Of a stretch of DNA of 64,000 bases, positions 30,388-39,484 are shown in pieces (position 1 is the first letter of the stretch; the number at the start of each line of letters is the position of its first letter). A program made the translations under genes and the position numbers. The DNA is from a virus, in IMG/VR virus record IMGVR_UViG_3300037258_000374, positions 1-64,000 of that record. One strand, given 5' to 3'. The notes beneath the pieces are model-generated. The model saw only the letters and a list, made by a program, of their open reading frames with translations. It made no database searches and was not told where the DNA came from.

Positions 30388-30972
30388 ATGCAGACGGTAC
30401 GCGCAGTTCTGAAATCCATCAGTCCCTATTCGCAGTCCAAGTATGTCGACAAAGACGAGCACCCCAAAAACGGCAAGGAGAGCGCCGACGACTACGAGAA
30501 GCGCACGTGGCAAGCGCGAGTGCATCTCGACGACAAAGGCGCTCCGTACATGCCGCCGATGGCGCTGAAGAAGTCGCTCGACGCCGCGAGTGCCTACCTC
30601 GGGAAGATTCCCGGCGAGCGCAATGCGACCTACGTGAAGCGATTCAAGTCTGGGCTGCTCGTTACCGACAACATCCCGCTCCGATCGAACGGCAAGCCGG
30701 TCACGAAGATCGACGACTTCGAGGGCGAGTGGCTATTTCTCGATGCTGGTGGCAAGGCCGGCCAAGGATCAACGCGCGTCAAACGCCGCATGCCTCGGCT
30801 CCGCGAGTGGGAGGTCACAGCAACGATCTATCTGATCGACGAGATCATCACACTCGATGTGCTGCGCCGCGCCCTCGAGGATGCCGGCCGCTTCGTCGGC
30901 GTCGGTCGCTTCCGCCCGCAGGTCGGAGGATTCTACGGTCGCTTCCTCGTCAAATCGCTGGAGGCGGTATGA
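30388..30972 (+). CDS. Stand-alone RAMP/Cas7-like RNA-binding protein
   Basis: N-terminal VLKSISPY strand, PYMPPMALK, C-terminal Gly loop GVGRFRPQVGGFYGRF. Confidence 0.65.
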   Translation: MQTVRAVLKSISPYSQSKYVDKDEHPKNGKESADDYEKRTWQARVHLDDKGAPYMPPMALKKSLDAASAYLGKIPGERNATYVKRFKSGLLVTDNIPLRSNGKPVTKIDDFEGEWLFLDAGGKAGQGSTRVKRRMPRLREWEVTATIYLIDEIITLDVLRRALEDAGRFVGVGRFRPQVGGFYGRFLVKSLEAV

Positions 30973-31463
30973 CGTTCAAGAGCGGTCGCCGGCCGATCGA
31001 AATCGTTTCGAATCGTCAACCTCACAAGCTCGCGATCATCGCGCTCGTGGTCACGACCAAGCCAGGCGATATCATCCACGATCCAGAGATCGATCGCGCA
31101 ACGAACTCCACGCTACAGGTCTGGAGCAGCGCCATGCAGTCTGCTCGGCGCGTGCTCGCCGTGGAGCACGGCATCGAGCTCAAGCGCGAGACGAAGCTCG
31201 GATATCGGCATCTCAAACCGGAAGAGAAGCCTGGCGCGGCAGATCGTCAAATGAACCGCGCGCGCAACCGCGTGAAGACCGCGAAGCGAATCGTCGATTC
31301 GATGACACAGGGCCAGTTTGACGAGCTGACGCCAGCCAATCAGTCGGTGCACGTCCAGACCCGCGCGCGCGTGCTCTTGACGCATGACATGATGTCGCCC
31401 AAGCGTCAGCGCGAGATCGCGGTCGCGGCGAACTCGAAGGAGAGGCCGATGCTGCCCAAGTAG
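30969..31463 (+). CDS. Basic partner protein of the RAMP-like gene
   Basis: ATGA coupling; enclosed by the repeat units. Confidence 0.7.
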   Translation: MTFKSGRRPIEIVSNRQPHKLAIIALVVTTKPGDIIHDPEIDRATNSTLQVWSSAMQSARRVLAVEHGIELKRETKLGYRHLKPEEKPGAADRQMNRARNRVKTAKRIVDSMTQGQFDELTPANQSVHVQTRARVLLTHDMMSPKRQREIAVAANSKERPMLPK

Positions 31464-31537
31464 AATCGACGATGCGCAGCGCTTCGCCTCGCATCGCGTC
31501 GCTCCACAACGCACTGCAGAGCCCGCAAGGGTCACCA
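31463..31537 (+). ncRNA. Pentamer-repeat RNA unit 2
   Basis: GAATCGACGAT-(CRC-NN)x8-9-CAGAGCCCGCAAGGGTCACCA. Confidence 0.7.
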
Positions 31538-31615
31538 ACGATTTCATCGCCACGCGGCGCGTCGCTCCGCATCGCGGCGCATCGCAACGCATCACAGAGC
31601 CCGCAAGGGTCACCA
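31538..31615 (+). ncRNA. Pentamer-repeat RNA unit 3
   Basis: ACGAT-(CRC-NN)x10-CAGAGCCCGCAAGGGTCACCA; 21-bp tail identical to unit 2. Confidence 0.7.
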
Positions 31616-31651
31616 CGCAGCCGACGCCGACAATGAAGTATCGTCGGCGTC

Positions 31652-32098
31652 ATGAAACCGCCCGAAGAGCTGGTCGCAGCGTTCCGCGCGCTCGTCGACA
31701 AGGCGAGCGAAGGGATAGCGATGCTGCTGGTCGACAATGGATTCGACGCCGCGACGATGCGCGTGCTCGCGGCGTGGCCGCATCTCGAGCATGGGTGGGA
31801 GCAGCCGAAGCGGCCGTGCCCGAGCTCGATGCCCACGCCTGCCGCATGGCGCTGGCTTGTCAGCGGACACCGATACGAGGCGCAGCAACTCGCCGACGCC
31901 GCCGGCGTAACGATTGCGATCGCACGCGCGAAGGCCACGATGCTGCTCGGCGCTCGGCTCGCGCTGCCGGACGGGACGATCACGTCCAGCGCGAGCGCCG
32001 CTCTCGCAGCGCATGCACGGCGCGCGCTGGGGCTCAAGTCGAAGGCCAAGGACAAGCAGTCGCGCGGTCGAATCGCTAGCGATGACGATGCGAACTGA
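31652..32098 (+). CDS. Hypothetical protein, leaderless
   Basis: TATCGT-N7-ATG. Confidence 0.6.
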   Translation: MKPPEELVAAFRALVDKASEGIAMLLVDNGFDAATMRVLAAWPHLEHGWEQPKRPCPSSMPTPAAWRWLVSGHRYEAQQLADAAGVTIAIARAKATMLLGARLALPDGTITSSASAALAAHARRALGLKSKAKDKQSRGRIASDDDAN

Positions 32099-32474
32099 GG
32101 CACGATGCCGATCGATGCCGTGTCCGCACAGCACGCGTCCCGATGCAGATCCGAAGTCGTGTTCGCTTTGCATCGGCGCAGTCGCGCGACCTGTGTGCCG
32201 CGATCCGATCACCGGCCTCTTCACGATCGACGGGAAGCTAGTCACCACGCGCGCGTTTCAGCCACCGACCGCATCACGCTACGCTCAGGTACTGAAGCGG
32301 CGCCGAAGCGCTGGCGAAGATCCAGACGAGTAGTTGCGTTCGCGATCCGCTCCGGACTATCGGATGCACGGGATGCGTGAACGTCAGCGGCGGATGGACC
32401 AGCTGATCGGTGAGCTCGTGGCGATGAGGCTCCGAGTCGACGAGATGTCAGCTGCCCGTGATAGGGTTCGCAGC

Positions 32475-32675
32475 ATGGAAAACAAACCGACCATCGGGCG
32501 CATCGTGCACTTCCTCCACAGCGATGGAGGCAAGCGCGCCGCTATCATCACCGCCGTCCACAACGACGAGTGCGTGAACCTCGCGGTCTTCCCGCCGAGC
32601 GGTCCTTCGTACAGCGAGACCAGCGTGCTGATGGGCGCCGACGCTGGGCGCTGGTGCTGGCCGACGCGCATCTGA
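32475..32675 (+). CDS. Small phage protein (PTIGRIVH..AAIITAV..W.WP)
   Basis: Motif; TAGGGT-N7-ATG. Confidence 0.7.
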   Translation: MENKPTIGRIVHFLHSDGGKRAAIITAVHNDECVNLAVFPPSGPSYSETSVLMGADAGRWCWPTRI

Positions 32676-33075
32676 GGATTGCCCCGGTACGCGACACAGC
32701 CAAGCTGCTGTACGAGGCGTACATCGCCAACAGCGAGGGCCTGAACTACCAGGGCTTGCCGTGTCCGCAGTGGGATGACCTGACGCCAGCGGTGCGCTCG
32801 CATTGGTGCGCGTCCGCGATCGCCGCGACCACCGGTCAGCCAGTGATCAGCCTACGCGCGCAGGGTGTCGACTGCGGGATGTGCGAAGACAACGTGCCGC
32901 ACATCCACGTCCACCAAGCTACGCCAGCGCAGCTCGTGCTCGCGCTCGGCGAGGCTTCCACGGCCCATCGCCAGCTCGTGCTCGACAACATGGCGCTCAA
33001 GCGAAAGGTCCAGCACTGGAGGCAGCGCGCCGCTCAGCATGGCTGCAACATCGATGGCGGCGACGCGGACTGCGG

Positions 33076-33505
33076 ATGATCGCGTACCTGAGCCACACGC
33101 TCGGCAGCTCGAACGGCATCGATTCCGTTCGCCGACAGGACAACATCGCGAACGCGATCTCGTGGCTCGACTTCCTCGTGATGCACACGACCTGGGCGAT
33201 CACGTTGCCGTGGCTGCCGTTCGTCATGACCGAGCACGGCGCGCGAGAGGTGCATCGGCCGCGCGGTTTCGCGGACCAGATTCGCATCCTGCAACGATGC
33301 GATGCGATCGTGCTGGTCGGCGGCATTATCAGCCCACACATGAACCACGAGATCGACATCGCTCGTCGAGGCCACATCGCCATCGTCGACCTGAGCGATC
33401 TTGGACGGCATCCGCCGGACAGCGAGGTTACGGACAATGCGTTCCGAGCGCTGCTAGCCGATCGCGCCCCGCGCTGCGCTCGCCGAGCGTGCCAGCGCGC
33501 AGTAG
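33076..33505 (+). CDS. DUF4406/nucleoside deoxyribosyltransferase-like protein; probable 1-nt indel near 33467
   Basis: YLSH..RCDAIVLVGG..S..E..A; a natural-looking stop lies in a shifted frame at 33503. Confidence 0.55.
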
Positions 33506-33546
33506 GTGTTCGCGCGGGGCGCCGCGCCCGTGTTAGCCTGCTCGGC

Positions 33547-33819
33547 ATGCCGACCAACGACGAGACCAAGAAGCCGGACGTGGCCGGGAACGCCCCGGGC
33601 ACGTCGCCGGAGACCAGGAAGCCGGACGTGGTAGCCGCGAGCGCGAAGGCGGTCGAGCCATCCAGGGCCGAGGCCGCGAAGCCGGCCGCGCCGGTGGCGC
33701 GCGTGATGCGCACGGACACGCCAGCGCGCCCTTCGATGAAGGCGGCCGCGCCCAAGAAGGGCGGCAGCAAGCCGCCGTGGAAGGGCGGCCACTGGAGGCA
33801 CTTCCACCCCTGGAAGTAG
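33547..33819 (+). CDS. Low-complexity basic protein, leaderless
   Basis: TAGCCT-N7-ATG. Confidence 0.55.
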   Translation: MPTNDETKKPDVAGNAPGTSPETRKPDVVAASAKAVEPSRAEAAKPAAPVARVMRTDTPARPSMKAAAPKKGGSKPPWKGGHWRHFHPWK

Positions 33820-33863
33820 CGCCGCGGCGCTGATCGTCAGAGCGGCGCAGTAGGGTCGCTCGC

Positions 33864-34481
33864 ATGTCACACGCGAAACATGCAGAGCAGATCTACGGCG
33901 CTGTGGAGCCGGGCTCGATCGAGCCGCCCGCGCCGATTCCATTTCGACCAGCGGGCGACCGCATCGTGGTCAAGCAGAACGCGCTCGACCCGATGACGGT
34001 CGGCGGCGTGATCAAACGACCAGACCGCGAGTCGGACTGGACCGCGTTTGGTGTCGTGGTCGCTGTCGGGCCCGGCGAACGCAACAAGCTCGGCGAGCGC
34101 ATCCCGCTCACGCTCAAGGTCGGCGATCAGGTCGTGTACGACTTCCGCCGCGGGCGCGAGGAGCGCGAGGTGCAGCACATCTGCGGTCCTCGGATGGTGA
34201 TCCTGCACGAGCACGAGGTCGCAGCCGTGATCGACGCCGATGACACGTGCGAGCATCCTGCGCTCACGCGGTGCACGAGCTGCGCGACGGTGATCTGCAG
34301 CGACTGCATCGAGCCCGTGCTCGAGCATCGGTTCGCGAGCAGCTACATGCGCGAGAGCGGCGCGACGTGCATGCCATGTCGTGTCGCGACCGAGGATGTC
34401 GACGACACCAACAGGTTCAAGCGCGAATCCGATTGGACCGCGCGGGACGCGGCCGGCGTGCCGGATGGCGGTCCGGCGTGA
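33864..34481 (+). CDS. GroES-like co-chaperonin with C-terminal Cys-rich Zn finger
   Basis: FRPAGDRIVVK, GVVVAVGPG, LKVGDQV. Confidence 0.75.
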   Translation: MSHAKHAEQIYGAVEPGSIEPPAPIPFRPAGDRIVVKQNALDPMTVGGVIKRPDRESDWTAFGVVVAVGPGERNKLGERIPLTLKVGDQVVYDFRRGREEREVQHICGPRMVILHEHEVAAVIDADDTCEHPALTRCTSCATVICSDCIEPVLEHRFASSYMRESGATCMPCRVATEDVDDTNRFKRESDWTARDAAGVPDGGPA

Positions 34482-35601
34482 TGTCGTCATCGCTGATTGG
34501 CCGCATCGCGTGGTTCATCGGTGCTGAACTCGAGCACGAGCAAATCGGCCAGATCGTTGCGGTCAATTTTCGCGAGGTCGGCGCCGAGCTGCTCGTGTTG
34601 CTTGGCAACGGACGCCTTCAGGTGTGGCCGACCGATCGGGTAGAAATCAACAAGCCCGTGGAGAAGCCGTACGAGCGACCACCGCCAACGAGCATGCCTG
34701 GCTCCGACAAGAGCATAAAATGAACGGCTACCAGACCCCGGACGGGACCCGTTACGTCATCGGGCCCGGCGGTGATCCGGTGCGCGCGCGGTTCCACATG
34801 ATCCTCGGGATGACGTGGATCGGATGGCTGAACTTCTGCGTGCTGCAGTGGTTCGGCGTGCGCCTGATCTACACCGTGCGCGACGATGGAGGCATGCGTG
34901 TCAAAGGCGCTCGGCTGCGGTGGCCGATGACGCGCTGGCACATGACGTGGGACCTCGCGGGCATCGTGCCGCTGATGTTCAGCTTGCCGGTGCTCGTGAT
35001 CGCCGCGCTGGTATGGTGGTGGGCATGCAGTATGTGATCGCCATCATCGGATTCGTTACGATCGTCTCGCTTGCGGTGTTCGCGGTCGTCCACCGCAAGC
35101 CGAGCGTGATGCACGCGCCGACTCCGATGCACTGCCCGGATGCCCTGGACAGGTCAATGGAGTGCGTGGGCGACGACCAGCGCGTGTACATCTGCGTGAA
35201 GGAGTACGGCGACGAGCAGCTCGACATCTTCTGCGCGGTGCGCACGCCGTGAAGGTCGGTAAGTTGCCCGAGTCGCTGCCAGCGGTGCGGACGCGAGCGC
35301 TCACGTTCGACGACCTCGACGACCTGCTCCGGCAGATCCGCGAGTCGGTGAAGGCGCCCGAGCCGTGGCCTCGAGCGCCGAGACCGGTGCAGCGATGAAG
35401 CGCCTGCTCCTGCTCCGCATACTCGTGCACCTCGTGATGCGTGCGCGCTCGTACGCGATGCAGGCAGCGATGGACCTATGCGCCCGAGGCGAGCCCGTAC
35501 CCGAGTTTTTGCTGCTGTACGAGCGGGCGCTCGACTACCTGCTGACCCCCGAGTCGGCGGTGTACGGCCGGGGCGCACAGCCAACGCGCGAAGGCCGATA
35601 G
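34478..35601 (+). other. Five small coupled hypothetical genes, two with membrane segments
   Basis: Stop/start overlaps. Confidence 0.5.
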
Positions 35602-35862
35602 CCCGCACGTCGGAGCCGGAGCCGACCCCGAGGCCGAGCCCGCGTTCGACCTCGACCTCCGGCGCTGTCCGTGCGGGTCGACTATCGGGGTGCCCGTCGT
35701 CGCATGATCCCGCTGTGCTCGATCGATGGCCCTTGAAGGGCGGAGAGCAGGCAGATCCTCGTCACGACCCGCGGTAGCTACTCTGAGCGTGTGGCGTTAT
35801 GCCCGTCAAGTCCGGAGTGGTTTCGGCGCCACGAATCCGGAACAGACCCCATCCGTAGCGTC

Positions 35863-35928
35863 GTCACGCGATGTCACGCGATGTCACGCGATGTCACGCG
35901 ATGTCACGCGACGTCACGCGACGTCACG
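35863..35928. repeat. Seven tandem GTCACGCGAY 10-mers upstream of terS
   Basis: Direct reading. Confidence 0.9.
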
Positions 35929-36056
35929 CCCGTTCCGAACAGGGCTGCGTCCGGCCTCCGCGCTGCTGCGTCGGTCCTGACCTCGCTCCGTAAGTTCGCG
36001 ATTCCTCGTTCGTGGTAGGGTCAGGATATCCGGACCAAGCCGGGTCAGCCGTGTCG

Positions 36057-36506
36057 ATGACCTCGAAGCCCCACAAGCCGCCTAGTGCTCGAACGCTGCG
36101 CGCGATGGAGCTGATGCGGCAGATGCGCCGGTCGGAGGCGGTGCGCGAGCAGATGGCGCAGTGGAAGATCGGCCGCACGCAGGCGCAAGAGGACATGAAG
36201 GCGGCGGAGCTGTTGCTCGCGGCCGAGCTCGTCGAGAAGCTGCCGGCCTACCGCGCCGTGAGCATCAATCGCCTGGAGCGGTTGCTGGACAAGGCCGAGG
36301 ACATCGGCGACCTGCGCGCGGCTGCGCTGCTCCAGCGCGAGATCACGCGCATCTCCGGCATCGCGGCTCCGCAGGAGATCAAGCACAGCGGCGCGATCGA
36401 CACGCGGCCTAGCGAGCAGAGCTACGCCGACCTCGAGCAGCCCGAGCTCGACCTGCTGGCCAAGATCGGCGCGATCCCTGCGCCGGCGAGCACGACCGAG
36501 CACTGA
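36057..36506 (+). CDS. Terminase small subunit (putative)
   Basis: HTH-like N-terminus; G..APQEIKHSG tail; position. Confidence 0.6.
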   Translation: MTSKPHKPPSARTLRAMELMRQMRRSEAVREQMAQWKIGRTQAQEDMKAAELLLAAELVEKLPAYRAVSINRLERLLDKAEDIGDLRAAALLQREITRISGIAAPQEIKHSGAIDTRPSEQSYADLEQPELDLLAKIGAIPAPASTTEH

Positions 36507-36535
36507 AGTCAGCCCCGCGTTGTAGGGTCGCGATC

Positions 36536-37537
36536 ATGAAGACCCAGCACAACGACATCCCGGCCAAGGCGAAGGTCAACTTCGACCTCGCGCTCGTGAA
36601 GCTCTACAGCGGCAGCCACGGCAACGACATCCCGAGCGGTCCAGACGACTGCGCGGTGTGCTTCAACGAGCTCGTCTCGCTGTTGCCCGGTGGTCATTCG
36701 AAGCCCGAGATGACGGACCGCCCGGACAGCGAATGTCCGGCTCTCAACGAGTTCACGATCTGGCTGAATGATCGCTGGTCCGACGAGGACCGCCAGAAGC
36801 TGATCCAGTTCGCCAACCTCGTGATCGGGACGCGTGGCTCGGACGCGTTGACGAAGGCGCGCCGCGAGTTCCTCGCCGATGGCTCGCTCAAGATCTTCGC
36901 CCAGTTCTTCCGCGAGCTGCCCGGCGCGCCCCAGAACGACGTAGCCGACCGCATCGCGAACCTGCCGTTCAACGATCGCGCGGCGCTACTCCGCATCTTG
37001 TACGATCAGACGAACGAGGCCATCCGCGTGTCACTGCCCAAGCTGCTCCGCGAGCTCGCGCACAAGCCTCGTCCCGACATCGCTGTGCGGCTCGAAGCGC
37101 TCGCGCCGATCATCGACCTCAATACCGCGCGCCTCGCGCGAGATCTTGTTTGGCGTATCAGGGACGAGAACGGTTGGTACGGCTGGACGTGGCGATCGCT
37201 GATCAGGAAGGCGGTCGAGGCGGTCGAGGCGGGCGCGGCGGGCGCGGCGGTCGCGGCGGGCGCGGCGGTCGCGGCGGTCGCGGCGGTCGCGGCGGTCGCG
37301 GCGGTCGCGGCGGTCGAGGCGGGCGCGGCGGTCGAGGCGGTCGCGGCGGTCGCGGCGGTCGCGGCGGTCGCGGCGGTCGAGGCGGGCGCGGCGGTCGAGG
37401 CGGTCGCGGCGGTCGCGGCGGTCGAGGCGGTCGAGGAAGATCTTGCGCCGAAGTATCGCGAGCTGCAGCAGCGCACCGTCGAGCGCACGCTCGCGCTGTT
37501 CAAGGCGGCGATCGAAATCCAAGAGCCGCCCCAATGA
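36536..37537 (+). CDS. Phage protein with N-terminal GSH..C..E..D.P..CP..LND domain and Ala-rich repeat
   Basis: TAGGGT-N7-ATG; 333 aa ORF. Confidence 0.7.
   Translation: MKTQHNDIPAKAKVNFDLALVKLYSGSHGNDIPSGPDDCAVCFNELVSLLPGGHSKPEMTDRPDSECPALNEFTIWLNDRWSDEDRQKLIQFANLVIGTRGSDALTKARREFLADGSLKIFAQFFRELPGAPQNDVADRIANLPFNDRAALLRILYDQTNEAIRVSLPKLLRELAHKPRPDIAVRLEALAPIIDLNTARLARDLVWRIRDENGWYGWTWRSLIRKAVEAVEAGAAGAAVAAGAAVAAVAAVAAVAAVAAVEAGAAVEAVAAVAAVAAVAAVEAGAAVEAVAAVAAVEAVEEDLAPKYRELQQRTVERTLALFKAAIEIQEPPQ
37211..37435. repeat. 9-bp coding tandem repeat (GCGGTCGCG/GCGGTCGAG/GCGGGCGCG), about 25 units
   Basis: Direct reading. Confidence 0.9.
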
Positions 37538-38940
37538 CGCCAGGCGATGATGAAGCGATCGACAGCGACTTCTTCATCTCGACAATCCGCGAGCACCAAC
37601 ACTGGTGCGCGTGGCTCGTCATGTGGGGCTGCGTCGGCATTCGCTACGCGATGGGCGGCTGATCGATGACACGCGCCGAAGCCAGTTCGAATCTTTACGA
37701 TGCGGCCTACAGAGTGATCGAGGCAGGCGACGACAAGCGACACCTTGATCGCGTCGCGCTCGCGTTCACTCTGGCTTACATGCAAGAGCGCGATGATCGA
37801 TGACGCCACGCTGCAGTGGATGGTGCGTAAGTTCGAGGAGGACGACGCGCTGTATCCCGAGGTCAGCGATGACTTGGCACCATGATCAGAAGCCCGGAGC
37901 GCGCTACCTGCGCTTCGAGCGCGATGGGGAGTTTCGCGAGCGCCTGCGCGTGATCGGCGCTCCGCACTACATGCTCGTCAGCAAGGCGCACGACACGCTG
38001 GACGAGTACGCATGGGACAGTCACCGCATGCAGCGGAGAATCGTCGAGGACGAAGCATGAGCAACGAAAAGCAGCCGACGTCATTCGATATACGAGGCCA
38101 GCTCGATGGGCTGACGCTCTCGCCGATCGTCGACGACGCTGGGAAGCTGATGTGCATCGACGCGACCTGCGATCGATTGCCCGGCCTGCGGCTCACCGTC
38201 CAGGCTGGTGCAGCCGAAGAATTGTGGACCGCGCTCGGCGCGCTGCTCGGCAAGGACAGCCTACTACCGCGATGACCAGGATCATCAAGGTCCATCTGCC
38301 AGGCGAGCTCGGCGACCCGACGCTGTGCAACCTGAAGTGTCGACGCTGGCTCCGCGGCGAGCTCGTAGCGACGTCGCCGACGATCGTCACGCGCCAGGAG
38401 TTCGATCGGCTGCCAGAGCACGAGCGATGCGGGCGCTGCGTCTCGAAGACGAGGGCCGCGTGATGGTCTGGCCGCTCGCATCCTGGTGGCGGCTCGACGG
38501 CAGCGATCGCGGCGCGCAGCTGCTGTGGCTGACGTCGACGCGAGCGCGTCGAGTTCAAGTTCGCCGACGAGTCGCATCCGCGCCGGATGAGCGCGCGCGG
38601 GTTCCTAGTCAAGTTCAGGCGCGTATCGTAAGCTGGAGCGATGATCGGCCGTCGCCTTCCGCTCGGGCAGTTCCCGCAGCAGCCCGGCGACTACATGGGA
38701 CCGATCGACGGCTACACTGGCGACAAGCCGGCGGTGTTCTTCTACAAGCCGAACGCGCGAGATCCTGGCGCGCCTGCAGTAACTCGAGCGATGCAGCACG
38801 TCGTCTCGCCTCCGCATCGGTTCCGCGAGTGCCCGGACGGCAGCTTAGAGATCCGCGAATCGCTCGGCGACATGCACAACGGCAAGAGCGACGGGTGGCA
38901 CGGCTTCCTTGATGCCGGCCACCGCTGGCGCAAGGTCTAA
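37534..38940 (+). other. Cluster of small hypothetical genes (incl. 38057-38275, 38272-38463, 38641-38940)
   Basis: Coupled short ORFs. Confidence 0.5.
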
Positions 38941-39017
38941 GCAATCAGTCCGCGACCGCGCGCGAGCTCGGCATCCCGCGCGGCCGGCTACGTCGCTGGC
39001 TCAAGAAGCGGCCGGAG

Positions 39018-39425
39018 CTACGAACCGCCAGGCTCGTTGACCAGCCGTGACGTCTTCGCGCGCGCGTTGATCATCGAGCGGCGCTCGGGATGCGCGAGCA
39101 CCTCGGCGGCATCTCGAACGACATGCGGGTTGAAATGCTTCCAGCTGTCGCCGTGCCCAATGAGAACGTGACACTCGTGCTTGTCCATGCAGAGCGTGAT
39201 CAGATTGCGCTCGTCGAGCTCGAGCTCGGGATGCGAGTGGAACGGCTTCTCGTGGTGCACCTGTAGCTTCGTGCGTCCGCCACACGCCGCGCACGTCGGG
39301 TGCGCCTCGAGATGATGCTTCTCGACTGTCCGCCAGTGCGGCGAGCGCGTAATGCCGTCGCTCTTCTCGCGCTCGTGCTTGTTCGCCTGGTGGACGCGGA
39401 TCAGATGCCTGAGGAACGCGATCAT
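39018..39425 (-). CDS. HNH endonuclease
   Basis: CAACG..LQVHH..NLITLC..CH..GH; TAGCAT-N6-ATG. Confidence 0.8.
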   Translation of the reverse strand: MIAFLRHLIRVHQANKHEREKSDGITRSPHWRTVEKHHLEAHPTCAACGGRTKLQVHHEKPFHSHPELELDERNLITLCMDKHECHVLIGHGDSWKHFNPHVVRDAAEVLAHPERRSMINARAKTSRLVNEPGGS

Positions 39426-39484
39426 GCCGCGATGCTACAGGGAGCGCGTGACCGTGAACAGCGGGCCGCGGTAGGCTCAGCCGC

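Noticed and set aside
30339-31463. 374-aa ORF spanning the RAMP-like gene
   Set aside because: Only the part from the coupled ATG at 30969 looks protein-like
31517-31615. Two 21-bp direct repeats as a mini CRISPR array
   Set aside because: The intervening sequence is itself 5-nt periodic rather than a unique spacer, and no cas1/2 is present; treated as pentamer units instead
32803-33819. Single 338-aa fusion ORF
   Set aside because: Better explained as two genes joined by a 1-nt indel; the second has its own -10 box and ATG
35610-35660. 6-bp periodic CG-N4 tract as another guide-like array
   Set aside because: Short and degenerate, and lacks the leader and hairpin tail
36536-37537. Diversity-generating retroelement target
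   Set aside because: No reverse transcriptase or template/variable repeat pair in the window
37006-37809. Alternate-frame ORFs with GGR, DRR or TAA repeats
   Set aside because: By-products of the stop-free 9-bp repeat in 36536-37537
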